Below, one piece after another: positions 36,403 through 46,715 of a stretch of DNA of 64,000 nt. This DNA comes from Nitrospirota bacterium. GTDB lineage: Bacteria; Nitrospirota; Thermodesulfovibrionia; UBA6902. Positions within the stretch are counted from its first letter, which is position 1; every line of letters begins with the position of its first letter. The stretch is taken from assembly GCA_016234115.1 (NCBI GenBank), contig JACRHD010000060.1, positions 41,135 through 105,134 of the forward strand. Direction: 5' to 3'. Both the position numbers and the translations under genes were made by a program. The notes under the pieces are model-generated. The model searched no databases. It was not told the origin of the DNA and worked only from the letters and a program-made list of their open reading frames with translations.

Positions 36403-36518
36403 GTATTTTTATCCGGCCGCGGACGAACGTTCTGCCGGCCTGCATGCAGGCGCCTTCGTCGGCTTATTAGTGGGGAAATAATAATTTATCATCATCAGGT
36501 CAATAACGGAGGTGCTGC

Positions 36519-37667
36519 TTGAAAATTCTGATCTTGGGCGCTGACGGTTATTTAGGCTGGCCCAGTTGTTTATATTTTTCCCGGAGAGACCACGAAGTTA
36601 CCGGAGTTGATAACTACTTCCGCCGCAACGCCGCAACGGAACTCGACTGTGAATCCCTAATACCCGCGCCCAATCTTCTTCAAAGGGCGAATATATGGAA
36701 AGAAGTCACGGGCAGAAGCATCAAAGTGCATATAGGGGACATTACCAATTACGAGTTTCTCCTGTCCTTATTCAGAGAATACAATCCTGACGCGGTCATT
36801 CACTATGCGGAACAGCCTTCCGCTCCTTATTCCATGATGAGCCGGGACAAGGCCGCTTTTACTGTGCAGAACAATCTTATCAGCACTCTTAACATAATGT
36901 ACGCGGTAAAAGAGGTCAATCCGGAATGTCACATCATTAAGCTCGGGACCATGGGAGAATACGGCACGCCGAATATCGATATTGAAGAGGGTTGGCTGGA
37001 AATAGAGCATAACAGCCGCAAAGACAGGTTTCTGTTTCCAAGACAGGCAGGTTCGTTGTATCACACGACAAAGGTCCAGGACACGGACATGATCTGGTTT
37101 TACGTCAGGACATGGGGCCTCGGAGTGACGGACCTGATGCAGGGGCCCGTGTACGGACTTTCCACCGAAGAGACGGACCTCGACCCCCGGCTGACGCCGA
37201 GCTTCCACTACGATGAAATATTCGGGACTGTTTTAAACAGATTCATAGTCCAGGCTGTTGCGGGATATCCCCTTACGGTCTTCGGAAAAGGCAACCAGAC
37301 AAGGGGATTTTTGAACTTAAGAGACACCATGCAGTGCGTTTATTTGTCCGCCTCACGGCCTGCCGCCCGTGGACAGCTCAGGGTCTTCAACCAGTTGACG
37401 GAACAATTTTCAGTTAATCAGCTTGCGGAGAAAGTAAAAATAGTCGGGGACAGGCTTGGTTATAATGTTGTGATCAAGCATATTAATAATCCGAGAGTCG
37501 AGAAAGAAGACCATTACTACAATGTAAAATATACGGGACTCTTTGACCTGGGACTGAAACCTCATTATCTGACGGATGAAATCCTTGAAAGCTTTTTCGC
37601 AGTTACGGACACATATAAGGACCTTATCAACAGGGACGCTTTCTTCAGAGGCGTAAGTTGGAAATAA
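36519..37667 (+). CDS. UDP-sulfoquinovose synthase (SQD1/SqdB-like)
   Basis: 'KLGTMGEYGTPNIDIEEG', 'EQPSAPYSM' and 'YHTTKVQDTDMIWF' closely match the SQD1 signature blocks as I recall them from memory. The N-terminus is GADGYLGWP. Confidence 0.7.
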   Translation: MKILILGADGYLGWPSCLYFSRRDHEVTGVDNYFRRNAATELDCESLIPAPNLLQRANIWKEVTGRSIKVHIGDITNYEFLLSLFREYNPDAVIHYAEQPSAPYSMMSRDKAAFTVQNNLISTLNIMYAVKEVNPECHIIKLGTMGEYGTPNIDIEEGWLEIEHNSRKDRFLFPRQAGSLYHTTKVQDTDMIWFYVRTWGLGVTDLMQGPVYGLSTEETDLDPRLTPSFHYDEIFGTVLNRFIVQAVAGYPLTVFGKGNQTRGFLNLRDTMQCVYLSASRPAARGQLRVFNQLTEQFSVNQLAEKVKIVGDRLGYNVVIKHINNPRVEKEDHYYNVKYTGLFDLGLKPHYLTDEILESFFAVTDTYKDLINRDAFFRGVSWK

Positions 37668-37752
37668 CACTTCTTACTGAATAATTTCGATATGGAACCA
37701 ATAATGAAGCCCCGCTGTATTTTTTTGCCGGGCTTGCCGCATGGGCCGTTAA

Positions 37753-38061
37753 ATGATAAATAACGAAAATATCTTACAGGCCGTTATAGAGACTATCGAT
37801 GAATTAAACGGGCAACTGCCGAAAGAGCAACGATTGGAGAAGTCTGCCGACACGGCCCTTTTCGGCAATGAGGGGCCGCTGGATTCTTTAGGTTTAGTCA
37901 GCCTGATTACGACGTTGGAACAAAAAATCGAAGAGAAGTCAGGGAAGCCGGTAACCATACTTGAGGAATTGGAAGCCCTTGAAAATGAAAATCCCTTTGA
38001 AACGGTCAGGACCCTGGTCGCATATGTCGCTTCCTCTTTAGAGCAAAGGGGACATGAATAA
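37753..38061 (+). CDS. acyl carrier protein
   Basis: 'GPLDSLGLVSLITTLE' is the phosphopantetheine-attachment DSL motif. Its stop overlaps the FkbH-like start. Confidence 0.65.
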   Translation: MINNENILQAVIETIDELNGQLPKEQRLEKSADTALFGNEGPLDSLGLVSLITTLEQKIEEKSGKPVTILEELEALENENPFETVRTLVAYVASSLEQRGHE

Positions 38062-39751
38062 ACAAAAGGTCAGGTGCGTATTAATATCCGATTTCAACCT
38101 GGATATTTTTTCCGGATATTTAAGCAATGATGAAGAGCTTCCTGCCGTCGCTGCCGTCGCCGCTCCCTTCGGCCAGGTAACACAGCTCCTGGTGCAGGAA
38201 GACCCGGAGTACTGGAACGGCAATACCGACTTTGCTTTTATCTGGACCAGACCGGAAGGAGTCATTAAGTCCTTTAATGACCTTCTCGCTTACAACCCGC
38301 ATTCAATAGCGGACATCCTTGATGAAGTCGATCAATTCGCCTCTCTATTGCTGAAGCTTTGCGACAGGGTAAGGTTCGTATTTGTTCCCGCCTGGATTAA
38401 GTCCTTCAACAGGGGGTCCGGCCTGCTTGACATGAAAAAGGACGTCGGCATTGCGAATATTTTAATGCAAATGAACTTGAGACTGTGTGAAATATTCGAG
38501 CAAAGATCCAATATTTACCTGCTTGACTCACAAAACTGGGTAAACGCCGCAGGCAAGTACGCCTTCAATCCGAGGTTATGGTACAGGGGGAAGATCGCCT
38601 TTGGAAACGACGTTTACAAGGCTGCGGTAAGGGACATAAAATCCGCCATAAGGGGCCTGGAAGGACTTTCAAAAAAGGTCCTTGTTCTTGATCTGGACAA
38701 TACCTTGTGGGGTGGGGTTGTCGGCGACCTCGGATGGGAGGGCATTGTATTGGGCGGACATGATCCGATAGGTGAAGCGTTTGCGGACTTTCAGCGCGCT
38801 TTAAAAGCATTGTCGAATCGGGGCGTCCTGCTGGCAATAGTAAGCAAGAATGAAGAACCTGTCGCGCTGGAGGCAATAAATAAACATCCTGAAATGGTCC
38901 TGAGATTGAAAGACTTCGCCGGATGGAGGATCAACTGGCTGGACAAGGCCTCCAATATTGCAGACCTGATCGCGGACCTGAACCTTGGTCTCCAGTCAGT
39001 GGTCTTTATCGATGACAATCCAATGGAACGGGCAAGGGTCAGAGAGACCCTGTCCGAGGTGCTTGTCCCTGAATGGCCCGAAGACATTATGCTGTACACA
39101 AGTACGCTCCTCGGTCTGCGCTGTTTTGACAGTCCTTCACTGAGTAAGGAAGACACTGAAAGAACAAAGATGTATATTTCGGAGAAACAGCGAAAGGAGC
39201 TCAGGAAAAGTCTCGGCTCTTTTGATGAATGGCTGGGCAGCCTGGAGACCAGGACCAGCGTGGAAGAATTGAACAGGGTCAATCTTCAAAGGACTGCGCA
39301 GTTGTTAAACAAGACCAGTCAAATGAACCTCTCAACAAGAAGGCTGTCCGAACGGGAGCTTGCCGACTGGGCGGATGAAGACTACCGGAAACTCTGGACT
39401 TTTCGCGTATCGGACAAACTGGGAGATTCAGGTCTTACCGGCATTATCAGTCTTGAAGTAATAAACAAAACAGGGCGAATCGTGGATTTCGTTCTGAGTT
39501 GCAGGGTCATAGGCCGCAAGGTTGAAGAAGCGATGCTCTTTACCGTTATTGACTACGCGCGCGGCCTGGGTTTAGATGAGCTTGTAGCGGAATTTTTGCC
39601 GACGCAAAAAAACAAACCCTGCCTGGACTTCTGGAAAAGATCAGGTTTTGATTTTGATGTCCGGAGAAATTCCTTTACGTGGGACGTGGAAAGAGATTTT
39701 CAAATGCCGGAACACATTGAAATCCTGACGACTGAACACGTTGACGAGTAA
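38054..39751 (+). CDS. FkbH-like HAD-IIIC protein (glyceryl-S-ACP synthase family)
   Basis: 'VLVLDLDNTLWGGVVGDLGWEGIVLGG...AIVSKNEE' is the HAD-IIIC core. A C-terminal acyltransferase-like domain follows. 565 aa. Confidence 0.8.
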   Translation: MNKQKVRCVLISDFNLDIFSGYLSNDEELPAVAAVAAPFGQVTQLLVQEDPEYWNGNTDFAFIWTRPEGVIKSFNDLLAYNPHSIADILDEVDQFASLLLKLCDRVRFVFVPAWIKSFNRGSGLLDMKKDVGIANILMQMNLRLCEIFEQRSNIYLLDSQNWVNAAGKYAFNPRLWYRGKIAFGNDVYKAAVRDIKSAIRGLEGLSKKVLVLDLDNTLWGGVVGDLGWEGIVLGGHDPIGEAFADFQRALKALSNRGVLLAIVSKNEEPVALEAINKHPEMVLRLKDFAGWRINWLDKASNIADLIADLNLGLQSVVFIDDNPMERARVRETLSEVLVPEWPEDIMLYTSTLLGLRCFDSPSLSKEDTERTKMYISEKQRKELRKSLGSFDEWLGSLETRTSVEELNRVNLQRTAQLLNKTSQMNLSTRRLSERELADWADEDYRKLWTFRVSDKLGDSGLTGIISLEVINKTGRIVDFVLSCRVIGRKVEEAMLFTVIDYARGLGLDELVAEFLPTQKNKPCLDFWKRSGFDFDVRRNSFTWDVERDFQMPEHIEILTTEHVDE

Positions 39752-39843
39752 GCGAGACCGGGCATGGTCTATATCATGCCCTGCAGAGGAACGATGCCTA
39801 TACTGTTGAAAAAAGTTATACTATCTTTCTGGAACAAGCACAC

Positions 39844-41265
39844 ATGAAACATCGCAGATTCACTTCAGATGATCAGCTCGCCTTTGCGGAACTGTCGGGC
39901 GATTATAATCCTTTGCACATAGACGCGATTGCCGCCCGCAGGTCTCTTTTCGGCGCGCAGGTGGTGCATGGAATACATTCTCTGTTATGGGGTCTGGATT
40001 GGTGGCTGGAGGGAAAGACATCATCAATACAATTTCGTTCAGTGAAGACTGTTTTTCCCAAACCGGTCAGGGTCGGCGACCAGGTAAGTCTGTTGATTGA
40101 GAATCATGGCGAAAGGCGCTCTACGATTAAGTTGCAAAGCGGCGGCTCGACGGCATCGATAACGGACATTGAATGGACTGAGGCCGGGGAAGGCAGCAGC
40201 GACTTTATTAAAGCGGGTTTCCCGGACAGGCGGCAGCCGCGCTGCTTATCGGATAATGAAATAGAGACGGCCTCGGGGACTTTGGACCTGTATTTGAATA
40301 TTGAAGCGGCGGGAAAGATATTTCCCAACCTTGTCGGATGCGTCTCTCCATTGCAGATTGCGATTATTTTAAGCACTACCAGATTGGTCGGCGTTGAGTG
40401 TCCGGGGGCGCGTTCAATGTATTCTTCCCTGAATTTGTCCTCAAACGACCTGTCTGACGGCGCAACAATGAAATATGAAGTCACAAAACTCGACAGGCGT
40501 TTCGGGCTGGCATCTATCAGTGTATCGGCCCCCGGCATGGCCGGCGCCATAAAGGCATTTATCCGGCCGTCTCATCAGGACCAGGCCGCCTGCCTGGAGT
40601 TGAAGAAATTCGTTGAGAGTAATGAGTTTAAGGGCCAGCGCGCGCTGGTCATAGGAGGGTCCCGGGGCCTGGGCGAAGTGTCCGCAAAACTCCTGGCTGC
40701 CGGAGGAGCGGACGTGAAAATAACCTATCATCAGGGAATGGATGACGCCCTGCGCGTTGTCGGGGACATCAATTCCAACGGCGGAATTTCCGGAAGCATC
40801 CATGTCAATGTGTTGTCCCCTGAACAGGATTCCCTTCTTTCATCTCTCGACGGCTGGGCCCCTACTCATTTGTACTATTTTGCCACCCGTTTCATATTTT
40901 CAGGAGTTAAAGGAGTATTTTCAGGAGAGTTGTTCACTGACTTCTGCGATTATTATATTTTCGGTTTTATTAATATCGTAGACCGGTTGCGACGCCTGGG
41001 GCTGAGGAATGTTTTCTATCCGTCGACCGTCGCCATTGACGAACTGCCCCCGGACATGGGAGAGTATACGGCAGCCAAGACGGCAGGCGAAGTGCTGTGC
41101 ATGTATTTGAAGAAAGGCAATAAAGACATGACGGTCTACTGCCCCCGGCTCGATAGAATGAGCACTGATCAGACAGTCAGTTTATTACATATCAGGAGCC
41201 ATGATCCTGCGCCGGTCATGCTGGAACATTTGAGAAAATTCAGGGACGCATCAGCTCCAAAATAA
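39844..41265 (+). CDS. MaoC-like hot-dog dehydratase fused to a short-chain dehydrogenase/reductase
   Basis: N-terminus 'FAELSGDYNPLHID...VVHGI' is the MaoC dehydratase. C-terminus 'ALVIGGSRGLGEVSAKLLAAGGADV' is an SDR. Confidence 0.7.
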   Translation: MKHRRFTSDDQLAFAELSGDYNPLHIDAIAARRSLFGAQVVHGIHSLLWGLDWWLEGKTSSIQFRSVKTVFPKPVRVGDQVSLLIENHGERRSTIKLQSGGSTASITDIEWTEAGEGSSDFIKAGFPDRRQPRCLSDNEIETASGTLDLYLNIEAAGKIFPNLVGCVSPLQIAIILSTTRLVGVECPGARSMYSSLNLSSNDLSDGATMKYEVTKLDRRFGLASISVSAPGMAGAIKAFIRPSHQDQAACLELKKFVESNEFKGQRALVIGGSRGLGEVSAKLLAAGGADVKITYHQGMDDALRVVGDINSNGGISGSIHVNVLSPEQDSLLSSLDGWAPTHLYYFATRFIFSGVKGVFSGELFTDFCDYYIFGFINIVDRLRRLGLRNVFYPSTVAIDELPPDMGEYTAAKTAGEVLCMYLKKGNKDMTVYCPRLDRMSTDQTVSLLHIRSHDPAPVMLEHLRKFRDASAPK

Positions 41266-41287
41266 CACTTGATACAATGGACCTAAA

Positions 41288-42364
41288 GTGGTTAAATGCA
41301 TAATTCGGGAAGCCGGCGATGACGACATCGAGGGCATAGCCCGGCTCCGGCTCAGGATCAAAGAGTTTCAGCCGATTGAAACAGAAGAATATACGGCTTT
41401 CTGGAAAAGCTGGATCAAGGACAACCCCCGGTCAGGGCAGAAAGTCTTTGTAGCAGTGGACGACAAAGGCGGGATTGTAGGTCATTACGCCATGGTCGCC
41501 TATGATTTTAGAAGGGACGGTAATACATTAGTGGGTGGATTTGTCGGACAACTGATGGTGGACGAAGACTACAGGAATGCGCTCATATTCCCCAAAATGC
41601 TGTTGAAGCTCCTCAGAGAATATAAAGACGCCGGCGTAGATTTCGTGTACAGCCTGAGCAACAGACAGGAAGTGGTAACGGCGCATCAGTCCTTTGGTTT
41701 TCGTAAAATCGGCGTACTGTCTGTTTATGCAAGACCATACAAATTTACAAAAATAGGCGGCCATCTTATAAAAAACAAGCTGTTGTATTCAACAATGAAA
41801 CCTTTTCTCCTGCTTGCTGAAAAGGTCGTTCCCTTAATCGGTTTCGCGGGCAGCAGTCGGTTGAAGGTAAAAGAGATATCAAAATTCGACGCAAGCGTTG
41901 ATAAGTTTATTGAAGAGGTCCGGCTCTATTTTCCTTATTGTATTGTCCGCAATGCCGCTGTGCTTAATTGGCTGACGCTCGGCTCTCCCGCGAGAAAATA
42001 CAGGGCATTGATTGCTGAAGAAGAGGGAAATTTTTCCGGATATGTAGTGGTCCGTCGTATGAAAATGAAACAGTTTGACGTCCTGGCCATTGTGGACATA
42101 TTATTCTCGCCGGAACGCCCGGACGTAGGGAAGGCGCTCCTGAAGGCCGCCCACGGTATCGCCCGTCAGATGCAGGTCGACATGACGAATTGTCTGCTGA
42201 GTTCCCATGACCCGCTGTACCCGACGCTGAAGAAATGCGGCTATTACAAGACACCGGAATCGATCGCGCTGTTTATTCATGAACAGAAAGGCGCGGTCCC
42301 TCAATTTACGGAAGACTCATTTTTCAGGTGGCACCTGACCTGGCTTGATCATGATTCCGTATAG
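41288..42364 (+). CDS. GNAT-like acyltransferase with a C-terminal extension
   Basis: Weak GNAT motif A region (GGFVGQLMVDEDYRNALIFPKML). 358 aa. Confidence 0.4.
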   Translation: MVKCIIREAGDDDIEGIARLRLRIKEFQPIETEEYTAFWKSWIKDNPRSGQKVFVAVDDKGGIVGHYAMVAYDFRRDGNTLVGGFVGQLMVDEDYRNALIFPKMLLKLLREYKDAGVDFVYSLSNRQEVVTAHQSFGFRKIGVLSVYARPYKFTKIGGHLIKNKLLYSTMKPFLLLAEKVVPLIGFAGSSRLKVKEISKFDASVDKFIEEVRLYFPYCIVRNAAVLNWLTLGSPARKYRALIAEEEGNFSGYVVVRRMKMKQFDVLAIVDILFSPERPDVGKALLKAAHGIARQMQVDMTNCLLSSHDPLYPTLKKCGYYKTPESIALFIHEQKGAVPQFTEDSFFRWHLTWLDHDSV

Positions 42365-42515
42365 GGACCGTCAAATCGGGAAGATGATCAGGATGGAATG
42401 ATTTTATGTTAGTATGTCGGATGAAACTGGCTGAATGTCCGGATCCATTTGCATAGATCGATGTCGCTGTCGCATATTTAATTTATTGGTAATTATAACT
42501 CTTAAATAAATTTAA

Positions 42516-43925
42516 ATGAATAAAATCCTACTTGTTAATCCTCCTTACAATCTGGAAGTTTATAAAGAGAACAAGAATTTTTCCGTCCACCCTCCTGTAG
42601 GGCTGGCTTACCTGGCGAGTTTCATAAAGGGGCACGGATATGACGTCGAACTTATTGACGCCAATGCCCTCAACATGTCCAAAAATGAGCTCATCGATCT
42701 TCTCATTAATCATCCTGCCGGCATTATCGGAATTACAAGCGTGACCGCTACTATTAATCTTGTATGCCGTATCTGTGACAAGGTCAAAGAGAGCTCAGGC
42801 AAGGTATTGATCATAGGCGGACAACATGCGACATTTAAGGCCGAAGAAATATTGGCGGGCTGCAAATCAATTGACTATATAGTGCGCGGCGAAGGGGAGA
42901 TGACCCTGCTTCGCCTGTTGAACAGATTGAAGATCAATAAAACGGCAAGAGGACTAATGGGGATTACTTACTCTGAAGAAAACAGGACAATTTCAAACCC
43001 GCCCCGCCCTCCGATAAAGAACATAAATAAATTGCCGTTCCCCGCCTGGGAACTTTTGCCGAGATCGAGATACCGTCTTAACGGGTTCCAGGACATCGGA
43101 TTCAAGGGTGAACAATTAGGGAAGCTGATTTCCACGAGGGGCTGCCCCAATAAATGCACCTTCTGTTCGTCCGCTCATTTTTGGGGCAAACCGCGCTTTA
43201 GAAATGTTGATAATATTTTCGAGGAATTAGTGTTTCTGACGCAGAAATTAAAGGTCAGGCACATAGATTTTATGGACGACTGCCTGACGATTCCCGTTTC
43301 GAGATTCAGGGAATTATGCAACAGGATCATCGGGAACAATTTGAATTTTAAATGGAGTTGTTACTCAAGGGTCCAGAATATAAACGAAGAGCTTGTCCAA
43401 TTGATGAAAAAGGCGGGATGCTTCATGGTGCTGCTCGGGATTGAAAGCGGCAACCAGGAGATAATAAACAGCATCAGGAAGAATATTACACTGGAACAGG
43501 TCACTAACGCGGTAAAGCTGTTTAAAAAATATGATATCGACTGTCTCGGTTTTTTTATGGTCGGCCTGCCGAAGGACACCAAAGAAACGGTCCGTGAAAC
43601 AGTCGATTTTGCCAGGAAATTAAACCTCGACTTCCCTTTCTTTTCAGTCACGACGCCTTTCCCGGGCACCGAGCTGTATGACTGGTTTATGTCGAGCAAT
43701 CTTTCCCCCGGCAGTTTTCAATGGAGCCAGCTTTCCACACATGGGGCGACTGTTTATCGCACGGAGAATTTGTCTTCCGAAGAAATCAAAAAACTGTATG
43801 ATTACGCCATAAGAAAATGCTATCTCGACCCGGCTTTTATTACAAAGCTGATAATAAAAATGATTAAAAACCCGTACAAGCTTTCGAGGTACTGGAAATT
43901 ATTCAGGACCTTCATAAATGTCTGA
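42516..43925 (+). CDS. B12-binding radical SAM protein (class B radical SAM)
   Basis: The N-terminal B12-binding domain reads ILLVNPPY...VGLAYLASF. The radical-SAM cluster motif is 'STRGCPNKCTFCSS'. Confidence 0.8.
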   Translation: MNKILLVNPPYNLEVYKENKNFSVHPPVGLAYLASFIKGHGYDVELIDANALNMSKNELIDLLINHPAGIIGITSVTATINLVCRICDKVKESSGKVLIIGGQHATFKAEEILAGCKSIDYIVRGEGEMTLLRLLNRLKINKTARGLMGITYSEENRTISNPPRPPIKNINKLPFPAWELLPRSRYRLNGFQDIGFKGEQLGKLISTRGCPNKCTFCSSAHFWGKPRFRNVDNIFEELVFLTQKLKVRHIDFMDDCLTIPVSRFRELCNRIIGNNLNFKWSCYSRVQNINEELVQLMKKAGCFMVLLGIESGNQEIINSIRKNITLEQVTNAVKLFKKYDIDCLGFFMVGLPKDTKETVRETVDFARKLNLDFPFFSVTTPFPGTELYDWFMSSNLSPGSFQWSQLSTHGATVYRTENLSSEEIKKLYDYAIRKCYLDPAFITKLIIKMIKNPYKLSRYWKLFRTFINV

Positions 43926-44005
43926 CGTAATAATTCAACCGGCGATAAAATCCGTCAAATAGAAAGCGTGTCCTGAGCCGCCCGGATGGCGACCCCGCTC
44001 TGCCG

Positions 44006-46654
44006 TCATGTTTTTTCCTGGGGATAAACCTCAAGTTCATCAATGTATAATTTTCCTTCAGGCGCCTCTATCCTTATATATCTGTCAAGCCGGGGCCCTT
44101 CGAAAATGACGCTCAGGGGAGCATTCGGGCTTTTTCCCTGGACAACGGCATTCACCCGCTCCCATTTCAGGCCGTCCTGCGAAAGGTGGATTTCCGGCCG
44201 GGGGCTTATTTCGCCGTACAGTACGATTGACTTAATCGCCTCTTTGTCGTTCAGATCGACAATCACGACCCTATCAAAGCCTGCTGCTCCAAGAGGAATG
44301 CCGGAGCCTTTTCCGGTATCGCCGTCAACAACATTGCTGCTGTGCCACTGCAAATAAGAAAGGCTGGGGAGCGTGTACCCGGAGGTCTGTTTGCCGTATG
44401 CAATATTTACCGGGGCCCCGGGAGGGGCGTAGGTCCACCGGTATCGCGTATGAAGATCGTCTCCGGAATATAAGCTGTTGTACCAGCGAACGGACCCTGC
44501 CGTTGCGAACATTATAACGACAAAAAAACAGATCACCCGCGAATACCCCCCAAAAGCGCGCGAACACGCGTACAGCCCGATTACAATAAAAGTCGCGCAG
44601 GTAAGCAACACCCCCCACAGAAAAGGACCGCTCCAGTACCTGAATTCTATATCGCTCCCGCCGGCGGGGACCTCAACGGCATGGGCCGCTCCGTTTGCTC
44701 TGTATACGTGCGCCCTTTCACCATTCACCCACGCGCGCCAGTGGCCCGTATAGGGATAAGAAAGGCCGAACAACGCAGGCGCCTCTGAACTTACATGGAA
44801 CCGCAGCCGGTTAAAAGAACTGTACGTCAGCTCCACCGAGCCCTGTTTCATATCTTCCGCGCCCTCTGTTAATTTCTCCGCGCTGTTCGAATCAAACTCC
44901 TCGATAAAAATTTGCTGCGGCCGTCTATTCCCCCGCATTCGGACATACGCCTCATCCTGACTTGCTACGGGTATGACCTGCGTAAATATCCTGCCGACAA
45001 AAGGCTCCATGAATGAACGTGAGAGGTGGTCCAATACCACGCGGTGCTGAGTATTGGGACAATCATGAAAACCATATCCGAGGTCCTTTTCCTTTTGGGC
45101 CTTTAACTGCTCAAAAGACGGCATATCTTTCTTCTTTTCTATCCATATCCCATATTGGAGGGTCATCCCGATCTGCAATAGCGCGGTGACGCATAGAATA
45201 ATACCCGTGACACGCGTCAATCGTGAATTTATCTTATAAAAGACGAGCGCTGAAAGCGAAAGCAGTCCAAGGAAGACGGTAGTAATTTCTATCCGGAAGG
45301 GGACATTTCTTATAACGTGGGGCAGGAAATCCCCGAATTTCGGCCTTAATAAAAATAATATCAGTAAATAAAGCGGCAGCAATATTGAAGCGGCTGTTGC
45401 AAGCAGCCTGTAGGGAGGCACTGCCAAAGACAGACCCTTTACGCGAACGGAAAATGGTTCCGCCTTCAGCATCCAGGCCAGGACCATCATTATGATCGAG
45501 GGGGCCAACAGGGAAATTCGTCCCGTGCTTCCCAGAGACGACACAAGGGGTATATACTTGTGCGACCAGACGTATACGGGAGTTCCCGGACCCTGAATAA
45601 AAAAAAGAGAATACAACAATATCCCCCACAGAAGCCATATTGCGCGGGGGATATTCACCCTGAAAAATCGCAGCAGGGGCAATAACAGGGCGATTATTAT
45701 TAATGATGAGCCGCCGAATGAACCGATCAGGTCCGCGAAAAAGGGCATAAAATAATTATTCAACGCGCCGGCCATCGTTTCAGAAGGGTCCAGACCCGGT
45801 CCGATTAAACCGGCGGATTGCGAATACGAAATATTGTTTCTGACAAATTCAAAGTAAAACGGAACAAAATATGCGGACGACAACAATATACCCGCGCCAA
45901 TGAATAATACGACCCTTGCCAGGAAAGTCGAACTGTTCATGGCGGTAAAATCCCTGTCGTGCGCCATGGCCGGAAGAATAAAGGGTATAACGAGCGTAAA
46001 TATCCCCGCCGCGATAAACCCATAAACCATCATAGGCGGGTGGCCGCTGCACGCAAGCATATACGTAACGCCCGTGATACTCAGCGGCCCGCTCCATTTC
46101 GACGGGCTGACGTAGTATCGCCCTATCATCGCGCAGAGCAAAAGATGACCAGTAAACGCCTCCAGAGACGAGCCGTAACGAAACGCCTCCAGCATGCGCA
46201 TGTTATAAACAGTTATCAGTGAAAGTACAAAAGAAAAAAGCGTATTAAGCCGTATTTGTCTCAAAAATAAAAATAACGCCAATTGAGTAAGCCCGAGGCT
46301 CAAAATACGCAGGAACGTATTCCACTCGAGCGCCTTTCCGTTCCAGTAACCGGGGAAAAGCGAAGCTACGCGGGATATCGGATGAAAAATCTGACCTAAG
46401 GTAAGCGCGCTTGTGGAATGTCCCAGATGATAACCGGGCGCGTAAAGCGGATATGAGCCGGTCTTAATGGAAAATAAAAGCTCTACCTGCTCGGTGACCG
46501 GGTGCAGGGGATAGTCTTTTGACAGGGTAAAATCAGAAACAAAAGGCGCCATCCAGAAGAGCATGAGAAAAGGAAGTACTATAATGAAACAACATAAGAA
46601 TATATTTCTCTCGGACAGTGACGCCTTTTCATCTTTATTTCCGGGTGATATCAT
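44006..46654 (-). CDS. large polytopic membrane protein, YfhO/GT-C-like, with a C-terminal beta-rich (carbohydrate-binding-like) domain
   Basis: 882 aa. The first 650 aa or so has at least 15 predicted TM helices. The soluble C-terminus ends '...RYIRIEAPEGKLYIDELEVYPQ'. Size and topology resemble YfhO/GtrC-type transferases. Confidence 0.4.
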   Translation of the reverse strand: MISPGNKDEKASLSERNIFLCCFIIVLPFLMLFWMAPFVSDFTLSKDYPLHPVTEQVELLFSIKTGSYPLYAPGYHLGHSTSALTLGQIFHPISRVASLFPGYWNGKALEWNTFLRILSLGLTQLALFLFLRQIRLNTLFSFVLSLITVYNMRMLEAFRYGSSLEAFTGHLLLCAMIGRYYVSPSKWSGPLSITGVTYMLACSGHPPMMVYGFIAAGIFTLVIPFILPAMAHDRDFTAMNSSTFLARVVLFIGAGILLSSAYFVPFYFEFVRNNISYSQSAGLIGPGLDPSETMAGALNNYFMPFFADLIGSFGGSSLIIIALLLPLLRFFRVNIPRAIWLLWGILLYSLFFIQGPGTPVYVWSHKYIPLVSSLGSTGRISLLAPSIIMMVLAWMLKAEPFSVRVKGLSLAVPPYRLLATAASILLPLYLLILFLLRPKFGDFLPHVIRNVPFRIEITTVFLGLLSLSALVFYKINSRLTRVTGIILCVTALLQIGMTLQYGIWIEKKKDMPSFEQLKAQKEKDLGYGFHDCPNTQHRVVLDHLSRSFMEPFVGRIFTQVIPVASQDEAYVRMRGNRRPQQIFIEEFDSNSAEKLTEGAEDMKQGSVELTYSSFNRLRFHVSSEAPALFGLSYPYTGHWRAWVNGERAHVYRANGAAHAVEVPAGGSDIEFRYWSGPFLWGVLLTCATFIVIGLYACSRAFGGYSRVICFFVVIMFATAGSVRWYNSLYSGDDLHTRYRWTYAPPGAPVNIAYGKQTSGYTLPSLSYLQWHSSNVVDGDTGKGSGIPLGAAGFDRVVIVDLNDKEAIKSIVLYGEISPRPEIHLSQDGLKWERVNAVVQGKSPNAPLSVIFEGPRLDRYIRIEAPEGKLYIDELEVYPQEKT

Positions 46655-46715
46655 TTTTTAAACTTCAGACTGCGCGCCTTGAACGGATCTTTCATGTTCA
46701 GGCGCTGCCGTTTCA

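Noticed and set aside
38791-39282. 163-aa minus-strand ORF inside the FkbH-like gene
   Set aside because: It is antisense to a gene with an unambiguous HAD-IIIC motif.
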